This document shows, piece after piece, positions 9,648 through 18,849 of a stretch of DNA of 29,578 nucleotides. A program made the translations under genes and the position numbers. The stretch is from Candidatus Iainarchaeum sp. Lineage in GTDB: Archaea; Iainarchaeota; Iainarchaeia; Iainarchaeales; CSSED10-239. Location of the stretch: positions 1 through 29,578 of the forward strand of contig CALBUD010000043.1 in assembly GCA_937968065.1 (NCBI GenBank). The letters run 5' to 3'. The first letter of the stretch is position 1. Every line of letters starts with the position of its first letter. The notes beneath the pieces were generated by a model that made no database searches, was not told where the DNA came from, and worked only from the letters and a program-made list of their open reading frames with translations.

Positions 9648-10118
9648 TTAAAAAGTAGTTTGTAAAATTTTACTTGGTAAGGTTTTACTATTTTTATGTT
9701 CTTTTAAGATTGTTAACAAATTTACTTTTAAGATACCATCAATTGAATAAATATTATCTAGTACTTTTTTTAAATCATTTTTATCTTGTGCAATAATCTT
9801 ACATATAAGGTTATATTCTCCAGTTACTTCAAGAACATATAAAGTATCTTCATTTTCTTTTAATTTTCTTATTATTTCATTTTTTTTAGAAGGATCTACA
9901 GAAATTAAAATTTCTAATATTTCTTTATATCCAATAACATTATAATCTATTTCTGCAAAAATATTTTTTAAGATTCCTCTTTGCTTTAATCTTTCAAGTC
10001 TTTTTTTTATTGCAACATCTGTAAGATTAATGTCTTTTGCTATGTTTGCAAAAGAAATTCTTCCATCTTGAATTAATTTTTCAATAATATGTTTATCTAT
10101 TTTATCAATTATTTGCAT
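9648..10118 (-). CDS. Lrp/AsnC family transcriptional regulator
   Basis: 156 aa. N-terminal wHTH 'DKHIIEKLIQDGRISFANIAKDINLTDVAIKKRLERLKQRGIL', then an alpha/beta RAM-like domain ('VTGEYNLICKIIAQD'). Confidence 0.85.
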   Translation of the reverse strand: MQIIDKIDKHIIEKLIQDGRISFANIAKDINLTDVAIKKRLERLKQRGILKNIFAEIDYNVIGYKEILEILISVDPSKKNEIIRKLKENEDTLYVLEVTGEYNLICKIIAQDKNDLKKVLDNIYSIDGILKVNLLTILKEHKNSKTLPSKILQTTF

Positions 10119-10124
10119 ATTTTA

Positions 10125-10844
10125 TCACTTTAGTTGATGTCTTGGTTTTAATAAATTATATTTATTTAAATAAATTTCAGTTTTTAAAATTTCAATATAT
10201 GGAATTACAAAAATTATTAAAAAACCTGTAGATATAATTATTCCTGCAACTCCAGGTATTAAAACATCTAATAAATTTGTAATTAATATTAATATAAATG
10301 CACATACAAACAAAGTTATAAAATGAAACCAATTTCTTTTAAAATATTTTATACTTAAAAGAATTGACTTAGAAATTGTTTCATTTTCTAAAATAATTAT
10401 TTGTGGTACAAACCATAAAAATATAGCTATTAATAAAAATATTACTTGAACAATAATATTATTTAATAAATTTAAATCATATAAAATAGTAGATATTAAA
10501 AAAATTAGAATAAAAAAAGAAAAATTAAATTTTAAAAGTTTATAAAAATAATTTTTTATTTTTCTAAACGGAACTGTTTCTGAAAAATTATAATCTTTAC
10601 CAATTTTATATATTAAAACACTCTGTATCAAAGAATAAATAAACATGAAAATAAAAGTTGTAAATAATAAAATTATGATATCTACAAAAAAGGCATTTAC
10701 TAAAGTGTAAGAGATATTTAAGGCACCTCCAAAGATACTAATGAACGGATCTATAACAAAAAGTAAAAATATAAATAAAATACTGTATGAAAAAGCCAAT
10801 TTGTAATTTTCAAAATATTTTTTTAAACTTAATTCTAAATCCAT
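10125..10844 (-). CDS. Polytopic membrane protein, function unknown
   Basis: 239 aa with about 6 hydrophobic segments and no recognisable motif. It ends 6 nt upstream of the Lrp start on the same strand. Confidence 0.55.
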   Translation of the reverse strand: MDLELSLKKYFENYKLAFSYSILFIFLLFVIDPFISIFGGALNISYTLVNAFFVDIIILLFTTFIFMFIYSLIQSVLIYKIGKDYNFSETVPFRKIKNYFYKLLKFNFSFFILIFLISTILYDLNLLNNIIVQVIFLLIAIFLWFVPQIIILENETISKSILLSIKYFKRNWFHFITLFVCAFILILITNLLDVLIPGVAGIIISTGFLIIFVIPYIEILKTEIYLNKYNLLKPRHQLK

Positions 10845-10919
10845 ATCTAACTATTCTCTTTTTTTATATTATATATAATATCTTACAATTAATTTAAAAA
10901 CCTAACTTTTTGTGGGCAA

Positions 10920-12152
10920 TTACTTTGTTTTTAGAATATTGCCTAGTAAATAGTATTTATCTACTTTGTTTATCTTTACTTTTATTTTTTCACCAATATT
11001 TATATTTTCAAAAACAACAACTGATTTGTACTCATTTGTTTTTCCAATCATACTATTATTTTTACCTTTTTCTGTTATTAATATCTCTTTTGTTTTGTTT
11101 AAATATTTTTTATTATTTTCAAAACAAATTTTTTCAAAAAGATTTGTAATTTGTCTAGATCTTTCTTTTTTTATAGTTCCTGATAGTTCCTTGTATTTGT
11201 TTGCTTCTATATTTTTTCTTTGTCCGAATCTTGATATGTTTATAATATCTGGTTTTATTTTTTTAATTACTTTTAAAGTATTTTTGAAACTTTTATTATT
11301 TTCTGTTGGATATCCAACAATAATATCTGTTGCAATAGTTATATTTTTTATATTTTTTTTAAATTCAGTTATTATTTTAAAAGCATCTTCTATTTTGTAA
11401 TATCTGTTCATTTCTTTTAAGACTTGGTTCTCTCCAGATTGTATAGGCACGTGTAAAAACTTGTAAATTTTTTTATTTTTATAAATTTTAATAAGATCTT
11501 TTAGAATAGGTAAAAGATGTTGTGGATTTCCCATTCCTACCCTCACTTTAAAATCTTTTTTTATTTTTATAATTTCTTTTAAAAGTAAAACAAGATTTGA
11601 ATTAATGTCTTTACCATAACACGCACAATCTTGAGAAGTTAGATATATTTCTTTTGCGTTATTTTGAGTAATTTCTTTTTTAATTTCTTTAACTATTTGT
11701 TTGATAGGTTTACTTACAAGAGTTCCTCTTGCAAATTTAACTGCGCAATAATAACAATTTCCTAAACAACCGTTTGAAATTATTATTATTTTTGTAGTTT
11801 CTTTTATTTTTGCTTCTTTTCTTTTTCCAATTATCTTTTCAATTTTTTCTTTTTCTGAAACTTTAAAATATCTTGCATTTGGTATAATTTTTTTTAATGC
11901 ACTTTTATCAATATCAACCAAACACCCAAAAATAATTATTTTATTTTCATTTATTTTTTGTTCTTTAATTTTTTTCAAGAAATTAATTATTTTTGTTTGT
12001 GTTTGTTCTTTTACTCCACAAGTGTTTATCAAAATATAATCAGCCATTTTTATGTTGTTTAAATCATCTGTATATTCATCATTTTTAACTATTTCTAAAG
12101 TATCTTTTTTATTTAAAGTACAACCAAATGTTTTTACAAACAATCTAGACAT
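10920..12152 (-). CDS. Radical-SAM tRNA methylthiotransferase, MiaB-like archaeal/eukaryal (MtaB/CDKAL1) type
   Basis: 410 aa. UPF0004 N-domain cysteines ('FGCTLNKKD', 'INTCGVKEQT'). Radical-SAM 'CLGNCYYCAV' (CxxxCxxC). C-terminal TRAM-like 'IGEKIKVKINKVDKYYLLGNI'. Confidence 0.85.
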   Translation of the reverse strand: MSRLFVKTFGCTLNKKDTLEIVKNDEYTDDLNNIKMADYILINTCGVKEQTQTKIINFLKKIKEQKINENKIIIFGCLVDIDKSALKKIIPNARYFKVSEKEKIEKIIGKRKEAKIKETTKIIIISNGCLGNCYYCAVKFARGTLVSKPIKQIVKEIKKEITQNNAKEIYLTSQDCACYGKDINSNLVLLLKEIIKIKKDFKVRVGMGNPQHLLPILKDLIKIYKNKKIYKFLHVPIQSGENQVLKEMNRYYKIEDAFKIITEFKKNIKNITIATDIIVGYPTENNKSFKNTLKVIKKIKPDIINISRFGQRKNIEANKYKELSGTIKKERSRQITNLFEKICFENNKKYLNKTKEILITEKGKNNSMIGKTNEYKSVVVFENINIGEKIKVKINKVDKYYLLGNILKTK

Positions 12153-12182
12153 AATTCTCTAATTATTTTTAAAAAAAAGTTT

Positions 12183-12590
12183 TTATTTAGATGCTATAAC
12201 CCCAAGAGTCCCTGCAAATAAAAATTCTAAAAAGGCAGAAGACAAAAATAATTTAGGATTTGAAAACATAACATTAAATAATTCTGAAATTGGTATGTTA
12301 TTTAATAAAATAATATTCCAATAATAAAAAAAAATTGCAACATAGTAACTTACGATTCCAACAATTAGAAAAATTAATGCAAAATAATATCTATTTTTTA
12401 TTTGCATATAATCTATTAAATATTTAGAAAAAAAATACATTCCTAAAAAACCAACGATAGGCAAAATCATATACATCGGAGATTTGAAAAAATCATTAGG
12501 AGATAAAAAATAGATTAATAAATAAGAGGTGCCGATAGCAATAACAAACCACATAATTGCTTTTAAATTAAATTTTATATCTTTAAACAT
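12183..12590 (-). CDS. Small 4-TM membrane protein, function unknown
   Basis: 135 aa, four hydrophobic segments, no motif recognised. Confidence 0.5.
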   Translation of the reverse strand: MFKDIKFNLKAIMWFVIAIGTSYLLIYFLSPNDFFKSPMYMILPIVGFLGMYFFSKYLIDYMQIKNRYYFALIFLIVGIVSYYVAIFFYYWNIILLNNIPISELFNVMFSNPKLFLSSAFLEFLFAGTLGVIASK

Positions 12591-12768
12591 GTATACTCTA
12601 TTCTATATTATTTTTTTAACATATTTAATATAATTATATTAATAAAGTTATAAATAACTTTCTTATTTTTTTGTAATTGTTGTTTTAACATATAATTACA
12701 TATATTTAAAATATCTTCTAAAAACAATAATAAATATATTTTTTAAATAAAAATATCTGTGATAAAAA

Positions 12769-13806
12769 ATGGGTGCTAGAAAAAAACAAAAAAAGATATC
12801 TGCTCTTGAAGAGATAAGAGTATCAGACACCCCAGTTAAAAAGAATTTAAAAAATAGTAAATTTAAAAAAACCATTAAAAATAAATCTAAAATAAAAACA
12901 TTTAGTTTTAATTATTTTAAAGAAAACAAACAATCTCTTTTAACTAATTTTAAATATTTAGGACTCGGAGCTATAAGTATTTTAATTGCAATTTTTATAT
13001 CTTATTTTTTATTTCCAGAAAATGTAGGTATTTTTACAATTATTCTAACTACTTTGTTTTTAATGCCTTATATTTTCAAACATTCAAAATATAGATATTT
13101 GTTGTATGGTAAAAAAACAGAAGTTGAAAAAGATGGTGCAAAGCTAATTCAATTTACACCAACATCTAGTAAATTCACAATAAATAAAGTGTATGATGAA
13201 CATAGAGATTTAATAAATATTTATTTTTTGTTTTTCATAGGAATTTTACTTGCAATTTTATTATTTATACTTGTTTTTCCTTCAAATGTTTCTTCAAATG
13301 TTTTTTCAACAGTTGGATGGAACGATAATTTAATACCTACAAAACAATTTGGTTTTGAAGGTCAAGATAAATTATCTGCCTTTAAATCAATTGCAACAAA
13401 TAATCTTTCAGTTATCTTTGTTTGTTTTTTATTTGCATTAATATTTCCTTCAGCTGGAATTTTAATTATTGTATGGAATGCTGTTTTTTGGGGTGTTGTT
13501 TTTACTCAGTATACTTTAACTTATTCAGCTTTATTTTCGATTAAATTTCCAATAGCGTTTTTATCTATATTTTGGAGTGCTCTTCCACATGTTCTAATAG
13601 AAGCTATTAGTTACTTTTTAGCAACAATTTCAGGTATTTTGCTTGCTTTTGCAATTAAAAATCATTTTAAAAATCCAGACCGACTATATTTATTCATAAG
13701 ATATTCTTTAGTTTTACTTGCCTTTGCAATCATATATATGATTGCTGGAACTATCTTTGAAATTTATCTTTTTGATCTTTTAAAGAATTTATTTATTAAT
13801 TTATAA
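12769..13806 (+). CDS. SpoIIM/DUF95-like integral membrane protein with basic N-terminal extension
   Basis: 345 aa. 'NNLSVIFVCFLFALIFPSAGILIIVWNAVFWGVVF' and 'LPHVLIEAISYFLATISGILLA' resemble the stage II sporulation protein M family signature. The first ~45 residues are K-rich. Confidence 0.55.
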   Translation: MGARKKQKKISALEEIRVSDTPVKKNLKNSKFKKTIKNKSKIKTFSFNYFKENKQSLLTNFKYLGLGAISILIAIFISYFLFPENVGIFTIILTTLFLMPYIFKHSKYRYLLYGKKTEVEKDGAKLIQFTPTSSKFTINKVYDEHRDLINIYFLFFIGILLAILLFILVFPSNVSSNVFSTVGWNDNLIPTKQFGFEGQDKLSAFKSIATNNLSVIFVCFLFALIFPSAGILIIVWNAVFWGVVFTQYTLTYSALFSIKFPIAFLSIFWSALPHVLIEAISYFLATISGILLAFAIKNHFKNPDRLYLFIRYSLVLLAFAIIYMIAGTIFEIYLFDLLKNLFINL

Positions 13807-13886
13807 GATTAGTTTTATTTTTAAAGTGAATACTATTATAAATATATTGTTTTACAATATACTATAATAATATAAGAATAATAAGA

Positions 13887-13891
13887 GTGAT
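13887..13891 (+). promoter_or_regulatory. Shine-Dalgarno-like GTGAT upstream of rfcS TTG start
   Basis: Same (G)GTGAT core recurs 4-8 nt upstream of several starts here (4846, 14883, 19808, 22137). It would pair with an archaeal 16S 3' end of the ...GAUCACCUCC... type. Confidence 0.45.
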
Positions 13892-13896
13892 TAATT

Positions 13897-14874
13897 TTGA
13901 GTTTAAAATCAGATGCATCTTTTCCATGGACTGAAAAATATAGACCAAAAACATTAGATCAAATAATAGGTCAAAAACATATATTACCAAGACTTAAAAG
14001 TTATGTGGAAAAAAAAAGCATGCCAAATCTTTTGTTTGCGGGCCCTCCAGGGATTGGAAAAACATGTTCGGCCATAGCTCTTGCAAAAGAATTATTTAAA
14101 AATACATTTTCTCAAGACTTTTTAGAGTTAAATGCTTCTGATGAAAGAGGAATTGGGGTTGTAAGAGGAGCTATAAAAGATTTTTCAAGAACCATACCAT
14201 TAGGTGCTGATTTTAAAATAATTTTTTTAGATGAAGCTGATGCCTTAACAAATGACGCTCAACAAGCTTTAAGAAGAACCATGGAAAAATACACTGGAAC
14301 TGTAAGATTTATATTAAATGCAAATTATTCTTCAAAGTTAATTACTCCAATACAGAGTAGATGTTCCTTATTTAAATATAAACCTCTTTTAAAAGAAGAT
14401 ATTAAAGAATATTTATTATTTATTTCAAAACTAGAAAATATAACTATAGATGAAAATGCTATTGATGCTATTTTTGATGTTTGTGAAGGAGATATGAGAA
14501 CAGCTATTAACTATCTTCAGGCAGCATCTTCTATAAGCGATAAGGTAAATCTAGAAAACATATATGCAGTATCTAATTCTGCTAAACCACAAGATATCTA
14601 TAACATGATAGATGCATGTCTTTCTTTAGATTTTTTAAAAGCAAGAAGTTTTATGGAAAAGCTTTTGTTTGAACAAGGCTTGAGTGGAGAAGATATAATA
14701 AACCAAATCTATAAAAAAATAGTAGCATATCCTGATGATAAAATAACTATTGAACAAAAAATAAAAATTATAGATAAAATTGCAGAAATTAATTTTAGAT
14801 TGGTTGAAGGTGCAAACGATAGAATCCAACTTGAAGCTTTACTTGCACAAGTAATATTATTAAATTCAAAATAA
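13897..14874 (+). CDS. rfcS: Replication factor C small subunit
   Basis: 325 aa. 'PWTEKYRPKTLDQIIGQ', Walker A 'GPPGIGKT', 'FLDEADALT', 'SRC' box 'PIQSRCSLF' and 'GDMRTAIN'. TTG start is the only in-frame start upstream of the conserved box, with GTGAT 5 nt upstream. No intein. Confidence 0.92.
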   Translation: MSLKSDASFPWTEKYRPKTLDQIIGQKHILPRLKSYVEKKSMPNLLFAGPPGIGKTCSAIALAKELFKNTFSQDFLELNASDERGIGVVRGAIKDFSRTIPLGADFKIIFLDEADALTNDAQQALRRTMEKYTGTVRFILNANYSSKLITPIQSRCSLFKYKPLLKEDIKEYLLFISKLENITIDENAIDAIFDVCEGDMRTAINYLQAASSISDKVNLENIYAVSNSAKPQDIYNMIDACLSLDFLKARSFMEKLLFEQGLSGEDIINQIYKKIVAYPDDKITIEQKIKIIDKIAEINFRLVEGANDRIQLEALLAQVILLNSK

Positions 14875-14882
14875 ATATTTTA

Positions 14883-14888
14883 GGTGAT
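14883..14888 (+). promoter_or_regulatory. Shine-Dalgarno-like GGTGAT 6 nt upstream of the pilus ATPase ATG
   Basis: Read directly. It lies in the 20-nt gap after the rfcS stop. Confidence 0.55.
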
Positions 14889-14894
14889 TTAAAA

Positions 14895-16679
14895 ATGACA
14901 TCCTATATAGATGATTTAGTTAAAAAATATAATTCTGAAAAAGGAGAAGCTTCCTCTTCTAAAGAAAAAAATGATTTACCTTTAAAAAATGAAATTAAAG
15001 ATTTTTCAAAAGAAGGAGAAAAGAAATCAAGCACAGAAGAAAACAAAAATAAAGATGAAAAACCAAAAGAGATTTCTATAGAAGATCTTTCAAGAGAGGA
15101 TGTTTTTCAAAAACCTGTTGATAAAAAAAATAAAGAAGAAGCTATACAAAAATTAAGATCTTTAGAATCAAACAAAGATATTAAACAAGATGAGCTTGTA
15201 GGAGATAAAAACGAACCTTTTGAAAAACAAGAAGAACATGTAAAAGATGCGGTTTTAGTTACAAAGTATGGAGATGTAAAAATCTATAGATTAAAAAGTC
15301 AATCTCTTCTTCATTATTCAGTTCCAGTTCCAAAACCAAACTCCAGTCAAAAAATAATAATTAATACTTTAAAAGAAGCAGCAACAAGGCTTGTATCTTC
15401 AGATCCTTATAAGATAAGAGACCCTTTACAAAGAAAAAACATTTATTATCAAAAAATAATTGATATTTTAGAAACAGCTAAAGAAATAAACATTCCAAAA
15501 CATATGTTTCCTTTTTATGCAGATGCTGTTGTTAAAGAAATGACAGGTTATGGTATGATTGAACCTTTACTTCAAGATGATAAGCTTGAAGAAGTTATGA
15601 TTGTTGGTTCAAATAAACCTGTGTATGTTTATCATATAGATTATGGTATGATGACAACAAATATAACTTTTTTCTCAGATGACGGAATTTATGAAATTAT
15701 TGATAAAATTGCAAGAGGACTTGGAAAAAACATTGATATCTCAAATCCTCTTTTAGATGCAAGACTTCCAGATGGTTCTCGTGTGAATGCAACTGTTCCT
15801 CCAGCTTCAATTGATGGTTCAACTGTAACTATTAGAAAGTTTAGAGAGGATCCTTACACCATAATTGATCTTATTAATTTTAAAACAACAAACATAGAAG
15901 TTGCTGCCTTTTTATGGTGTGTGGTTGAAGGATTTGGAGCAAAACCAGCAAACATTTTAATATCTGGTGGTACAGGATCTGGAAAAACTACAACTTTAAA
16001 TGTTCTTGCAAACTTTATACCAGAAGCTGACAGAATTCTAACTATTGAAGACACTGCAGAATTAAAACTTCCATTAAAGCATGTTATTAGATTTGAAGGA
16101 AGACCACCTGGTCTTGAAGGAAAAGGAGAATTAAGTTTAGATATTTTAACTAAAAACACATTAAGAATGAGACCTGATAGAATAATTGTAGGTGAAATTA
16201 GACACAAAGAAGCAACCACTCTTTTCACTGCTATGAACACAGGACACGATGGATGTATGGGAACTGTGCACGCAAACTCTGCAAAAGAAACCTTAGTAAG
16301 ATTAACTTCTCCACCAATGGATGTTCCTCCTTTAATGCTTGCAGGAATTGATTTTATAATTATTCAAAAAAGATTAAGAACTGCAAAAGGACAAGTTAGA
16401 AGAATAACTGCAATTGCAGAAGTTGTTGGTGTTTTAGAAGGTGATCCTAAAATCAACATGGTCTTTGCATGGAATCCTGAAACAGATTCTCTTGAAAGAA
16501 CAAAAGAACCTATCTATTATTTTGATGTTATAAAAACTTATACCAATTATAATGACGAGCAAATAAAACAAAAAATAGAATTTAGAGCAAAATTATTAAA
16601 AGAAATGGTTGATAAAAAAATAAGAAGTATTGAAGATGTTGCAGAAGAAGTACAAAAAGAATATATTTTGAAAAGATGA
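14895..16679 (+). CDS. Type IV pilus assembly ATPase (T2SSE/FlaI/PilB/TadA superfamily) with ~115-aa charged N-terminal extension
   Basis: 594 aa. Walker A 'ISGGTGSGKTTTLNVL', Asp box 'ILTIEDTAEL', Walker B 'RPDRIIVGEIR', His box 'GHDGCMGTVHANSA'. GGTGAT SD 6 nt upstream of the ATG. Confidence 0.9.
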   Translation: MTSYIDDLVKKYNSEKGEASSSKEKNDLPLKNEIKDFSKEGEKKSSTEENKNKDEKPKEISIEDLSREDVFQKPVDKKNKEEAIQKLRSLESNKDIKQDELVGDKNEPFEKQEEHVKDAVLVTKYGDVKIYRLKSQSLLHYSVPVPKPNSSQKIIINTLKEAATRLVSSDPYKIRDPLQRKNIYYQKIIDILETAKEINIPKHMFPFYADAVVKEMTGYGMIEPLLQDDKLEEVMIVGSNKPVYVYHIDYGMMTTNITFFSDDGIYEIIDKIARGLGKNIDISNPLLDARLPDGSRVNATVPPASIDGSTVTIRKFREDPYTIIDLINFKTTNIEVAAFLWCVVEGFGAKPANILISGGTGSGKTTTLNVLANFIPEADRILTIEDTAELKLPLKHVIRFEGRPPGLEGKGELSLDILTKNTLRMRPDRIIVGEIRHKEATTLFTAMNTGHDGCMGTVHANSAKETLVRLTSPPMDVPPLMLAGIDFIIIQKRLRTAKGQVRRITAIAEVVGVLEGDPKINMVFAWNPETDSLERTKEPIYYFDVIKTYTNYNDEQIKQKIEFRAKLLKEMVDKKIRSIEDVAEEVQKEYILKR

Positions 16680-16680
16680 C

Positions 16681-16692
16681 TTTTATTTTTTT
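16681..16692 (+). terminator. Oligo-T tract (T4-A-T7) immediately after the ATPase stop codon
   Basis: Archaeal termination commonly uses oligo-T. A 120-nt AT-rich gap follows before the platform gene. The AT-rich background lowers specificity. Confidence 0.3.
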
Positions 16693-16799
16693 AAAATAAA
16701 TTATAAAAAACTATAAATATAAAAAGGAATAGGTAATATATTTAAATATAATAGTTTACATTATATATAGAAAAAAAATAATAAAAATATTTTTTTAAT

Positions 16800-17942
16800 A
16801 TGGACTCAAAGAAAATAGAACTTTTAAAAAGTGATTTAGATAAATCTAAAAAATCAAAAGACTTAGATATAGATCTTGATGCTGTCCAAAATATTGTTGC
16901 AAAAATGAAAAAGAAAGATAGTAAAATAAGTTCTGAATCTTTGCAAGATAATAATTTAAAAGAACTAAGATCTGCAATATCACAAGGAAGACTTTCACAA
17001 CTAGATGTTAATTCAGCATCAAAGCTTGCAGAAAATCTTGATAGTGATTTAGAAAAATCTGCAGTCAAATATTATTCTCCATTTAAAAGATTTATTGATT
17101 CTATTGTTCTATCTATTTTAAAAAACCCTTTAGGTAAAAAAATATCTTTTCTTTTAACTTCTGCAAACTATAAAAGGACTTTAGTTCAACATCTTGTAAT
17201 TTCTACAATTTTTTCATTAATTCTTGCAACTATTATAACTTTTATGTTATTTTTTATTTTTTTAGCAACAAAACCAGTGTGGCTTATCTCTTTGTTATTT
17301 ATTTGGCCATTTTTATTCTTTATAGGACTTTATTCCTTTTCTTATTTAGTTCCTTTACAAAAAGCAAAGATGCGTGGAATAATGATTGATGTAGAGCTTC
17401 CATTTGCTTTAAGACACATTGCAACTGAACTTCAAGCAGGGATTGGGCTTTATAAAGTTTTACAGTCTGTCGCTGCAAATGACTATGGTGTTCTTTCAGA
17501 AGAGATGAATAGAACTATTCTTGAAATTGAAAATGGAACTGATACAAAAACAGCTTTAAGACATGCTGCTTTAAGAAGTCAATCTAAAAACTATAATGTT
17601 GCATTATTCCACATTGTAAGAACTTTAAACACAGGTGGAAATCTTGCAAACACAATTAACAGTGTTGCAGACTCTGTTGCTTTTGATCTTTTAGAAAATG
17701 CAAAAACCTTTGGAGAAAAAATGAATTTCTTTGGAATTATTTTTATTTTTGTTGCTATTGTACTTCCTGTTTTTGCAGCAATTTTAGGTGCGATTGCAAA
17801 TGCTCCAATAGGACAAGACGGAGCGTTGTTTTTACCAGGAGTTATGACTTCGACAACTCTTGCAATTATTTTCTTAGTTGCTTTACCAATAATATTTATA
17901 TTTTTAATATTTTATATAAAAATGATAGAACCAAAAATGTGA
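16800..17942 (+). CDS. Pilus platform membrane protein, single T2SSF domain (TadB/TadC/EpdJ-K-like), with ~90-aa charged N-terminus
   Basis: 380 aa. T2SSF-like cytoplasmic domain 'LPFALRHIATELQAGIGLYKVLQSVAAN...ENGTDTKTALRHAA...LNTGGNLANTINSVAD' flanked by TM segments. Confidence 0.8.
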   Translation: MDSKKIELLKSDLDKSKKSKDLDIDLDAVQNIVAKMKKKDSKISSESLQDNNLKELRSAISQGRLSQLDVNSASKLAENLDSDLEKSAVKYYSPFKRFIDSIVLSILKNPLGKKISFLLTSANYKRTLVQHLVISTIFSLILATIITFMLFFIFLATKPVWLISLLFIWPFLFFIGLYSFSYLVPLQKAKMRGIMIDVELPFALRHIATELQAGIGLYKVLQSVAANDYGVLSEEMNRTILEIENGTDTKTALRHAALRSQSKNYNVALFHIVRTLNTGGNLANTINSVADSVAFDLLENAKTFGEKMNFFGIIFIFVAIVLPVFAAILGAIANAPIGQDGALFLPGVMTSTTLAIIFLVALPIIFIFLIFYIKMIEPKM

Positions 17943-17945
17943 TAA

Positions 17946-18848
17946 ATGTTGACATCAAAAAGATTAGAAAGATACCAAGTATTTTTATTAGGGTTGAAAA
18001 TAAAAGTTCCTGCTAAAGTATGGATTCTTTTAATTTTCTTTTTAAGTCTGATCTTAGGTGTGTTAGGTTTTTTAATAGATGTAAAGATAGGTATTCTATT
18101 ATTTGTAAATGGTTTAGTTCTAGGTCTTGGACTTCCAATGTATGTTTATTATAAAAAAATAAGAACTATTGAAAGATATTGGCCAGAAGCTTTAAAATTA
18201 ATAGCAGACACCATGAAAGCAGGATCTTCTTTTGATTATGCTTTAAGAGAAGTAACCTCAGCTGACTTTGGTCCAGTTTCTTTTGAGATTAGTGAAGCTA
18301 TAAGAAGACTTGAGATGGGAGATACCATGCATGTTGCATTAAGTTATCTTTCATTAAGAATAGAATCTAAAATTGTAAGAAGAACAGTTACATTAATACA
18401 AGAATCTTTAAGATCAGGTGCACAACTTGCTGATGTTTTAGAAGAAATTGCAAATGATACTAAACAATTATATAGAATTAAAAAAGAAAGACATACAAAA
18501 ACAATGCTTCAAACAATCTTTATTGTTGCAGCAAGTGCTGTTATTGCTCCATTTATTTTTGGAATGACAAGAGTTATAACTGGTTTTTTAACAGATATAG
18601 CAGCAACAACAGGTATTGCAACAGCAGAAGCTCTTGAAGTTTCTTTAGTTACACAAAATAGAATCTTTTTATTCTTAGATATTTATATTGTTATTGAAAT
18701 CTTTGCAGCTTCTGCAATGATTAGTGTTATGAGAGAAGGAGATTTAAGTTTTGTTGTAATTTTCTTCCCTGTGTTAGTTACTTTAGGATATATTATTTAT
18801 TTCTTATCTCAAGTAGTTTTAAATTTAATGCTTTCAGGATTGGTATAA
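17946..18848 (+). CDS. Pilus platform membrane protein, second single-T2SSF-domain paralogue
   Basis: 300 aa. 'WPEALKLIADTMKAGSSFDYALREVTS...GDTMHVALSYLS...LRSGAQLADVLEEIAND' flanked by TM segments. Starts 3 nt after the upstream stop. Confidence 0.8.
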   Translation: MLTSKRLERYQVFLLGLKIKVPAKVWILLIFFLSLILGVLGFLIDVKIGILLFVNGLVLGLGLPMYVYYKKIRTIERYWPEALKLIADTMKAGSSFDYALREVTSADFGPVSFEISEAIRRLEMGDTMHVALSYLSLRIESKIVRRTVTLIQESLRSGAQLADVLEEIANDTKQLYRIKKERHTKTMLQTIFIVAASAVIAPFIFGMTRVITGFLTDIAATTGIATAEALEVSLVTQNRIFLFLDIYIVIEIFAASAMISVMREGDLSFVVIFFPVLVTLGYIIYFLSQVVLNLMLSGLV

Positions 18849-18849
18849 A

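Noticed and set aside
9380-9658. 92-aa plus-strand ORF overlapping the topA 5' end
   Set aside because: It is antisense to the conserved Toprim region of topA, and its product is low complexity.
10910-11400. Two plus-strand ORFs (10910..11149, 10966..11400) opposite the methylthiotransferase gene
   Set aside because: The minus-strand product has radical-SAM and TRAM signatures. The plus-strand products are F/L/I-rich nonsense.
2206-14874. Inteins in nrdJ, cdc48, topA or rfcS, which are common archaeal intein hosts
   Set aside because: Conserved host motifs are contiguous and protein lengths are normal. No Cys/Ser...His-Asn splice-junction blocks or homing endonuclease motifs were seen.
14635-16240. 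Minus-strand ORFs 14635..14829 and 15854..16240, inside rfcS and the ATPase
   Set aside because: Both are antisense to well-supported genes, including the Walker A/B region of the ATPase.
16742-17068. 108-aa minus-strand ORF opposite the 5' end of the first platform gene
   Set aside because: It is antisense to the low-complexity charged N-terminus and runs into the AT-rich promoter region. The product is S/F/L-rich. Not supported, though it is the least trivially dismissed because the sense region is itself low complexity.
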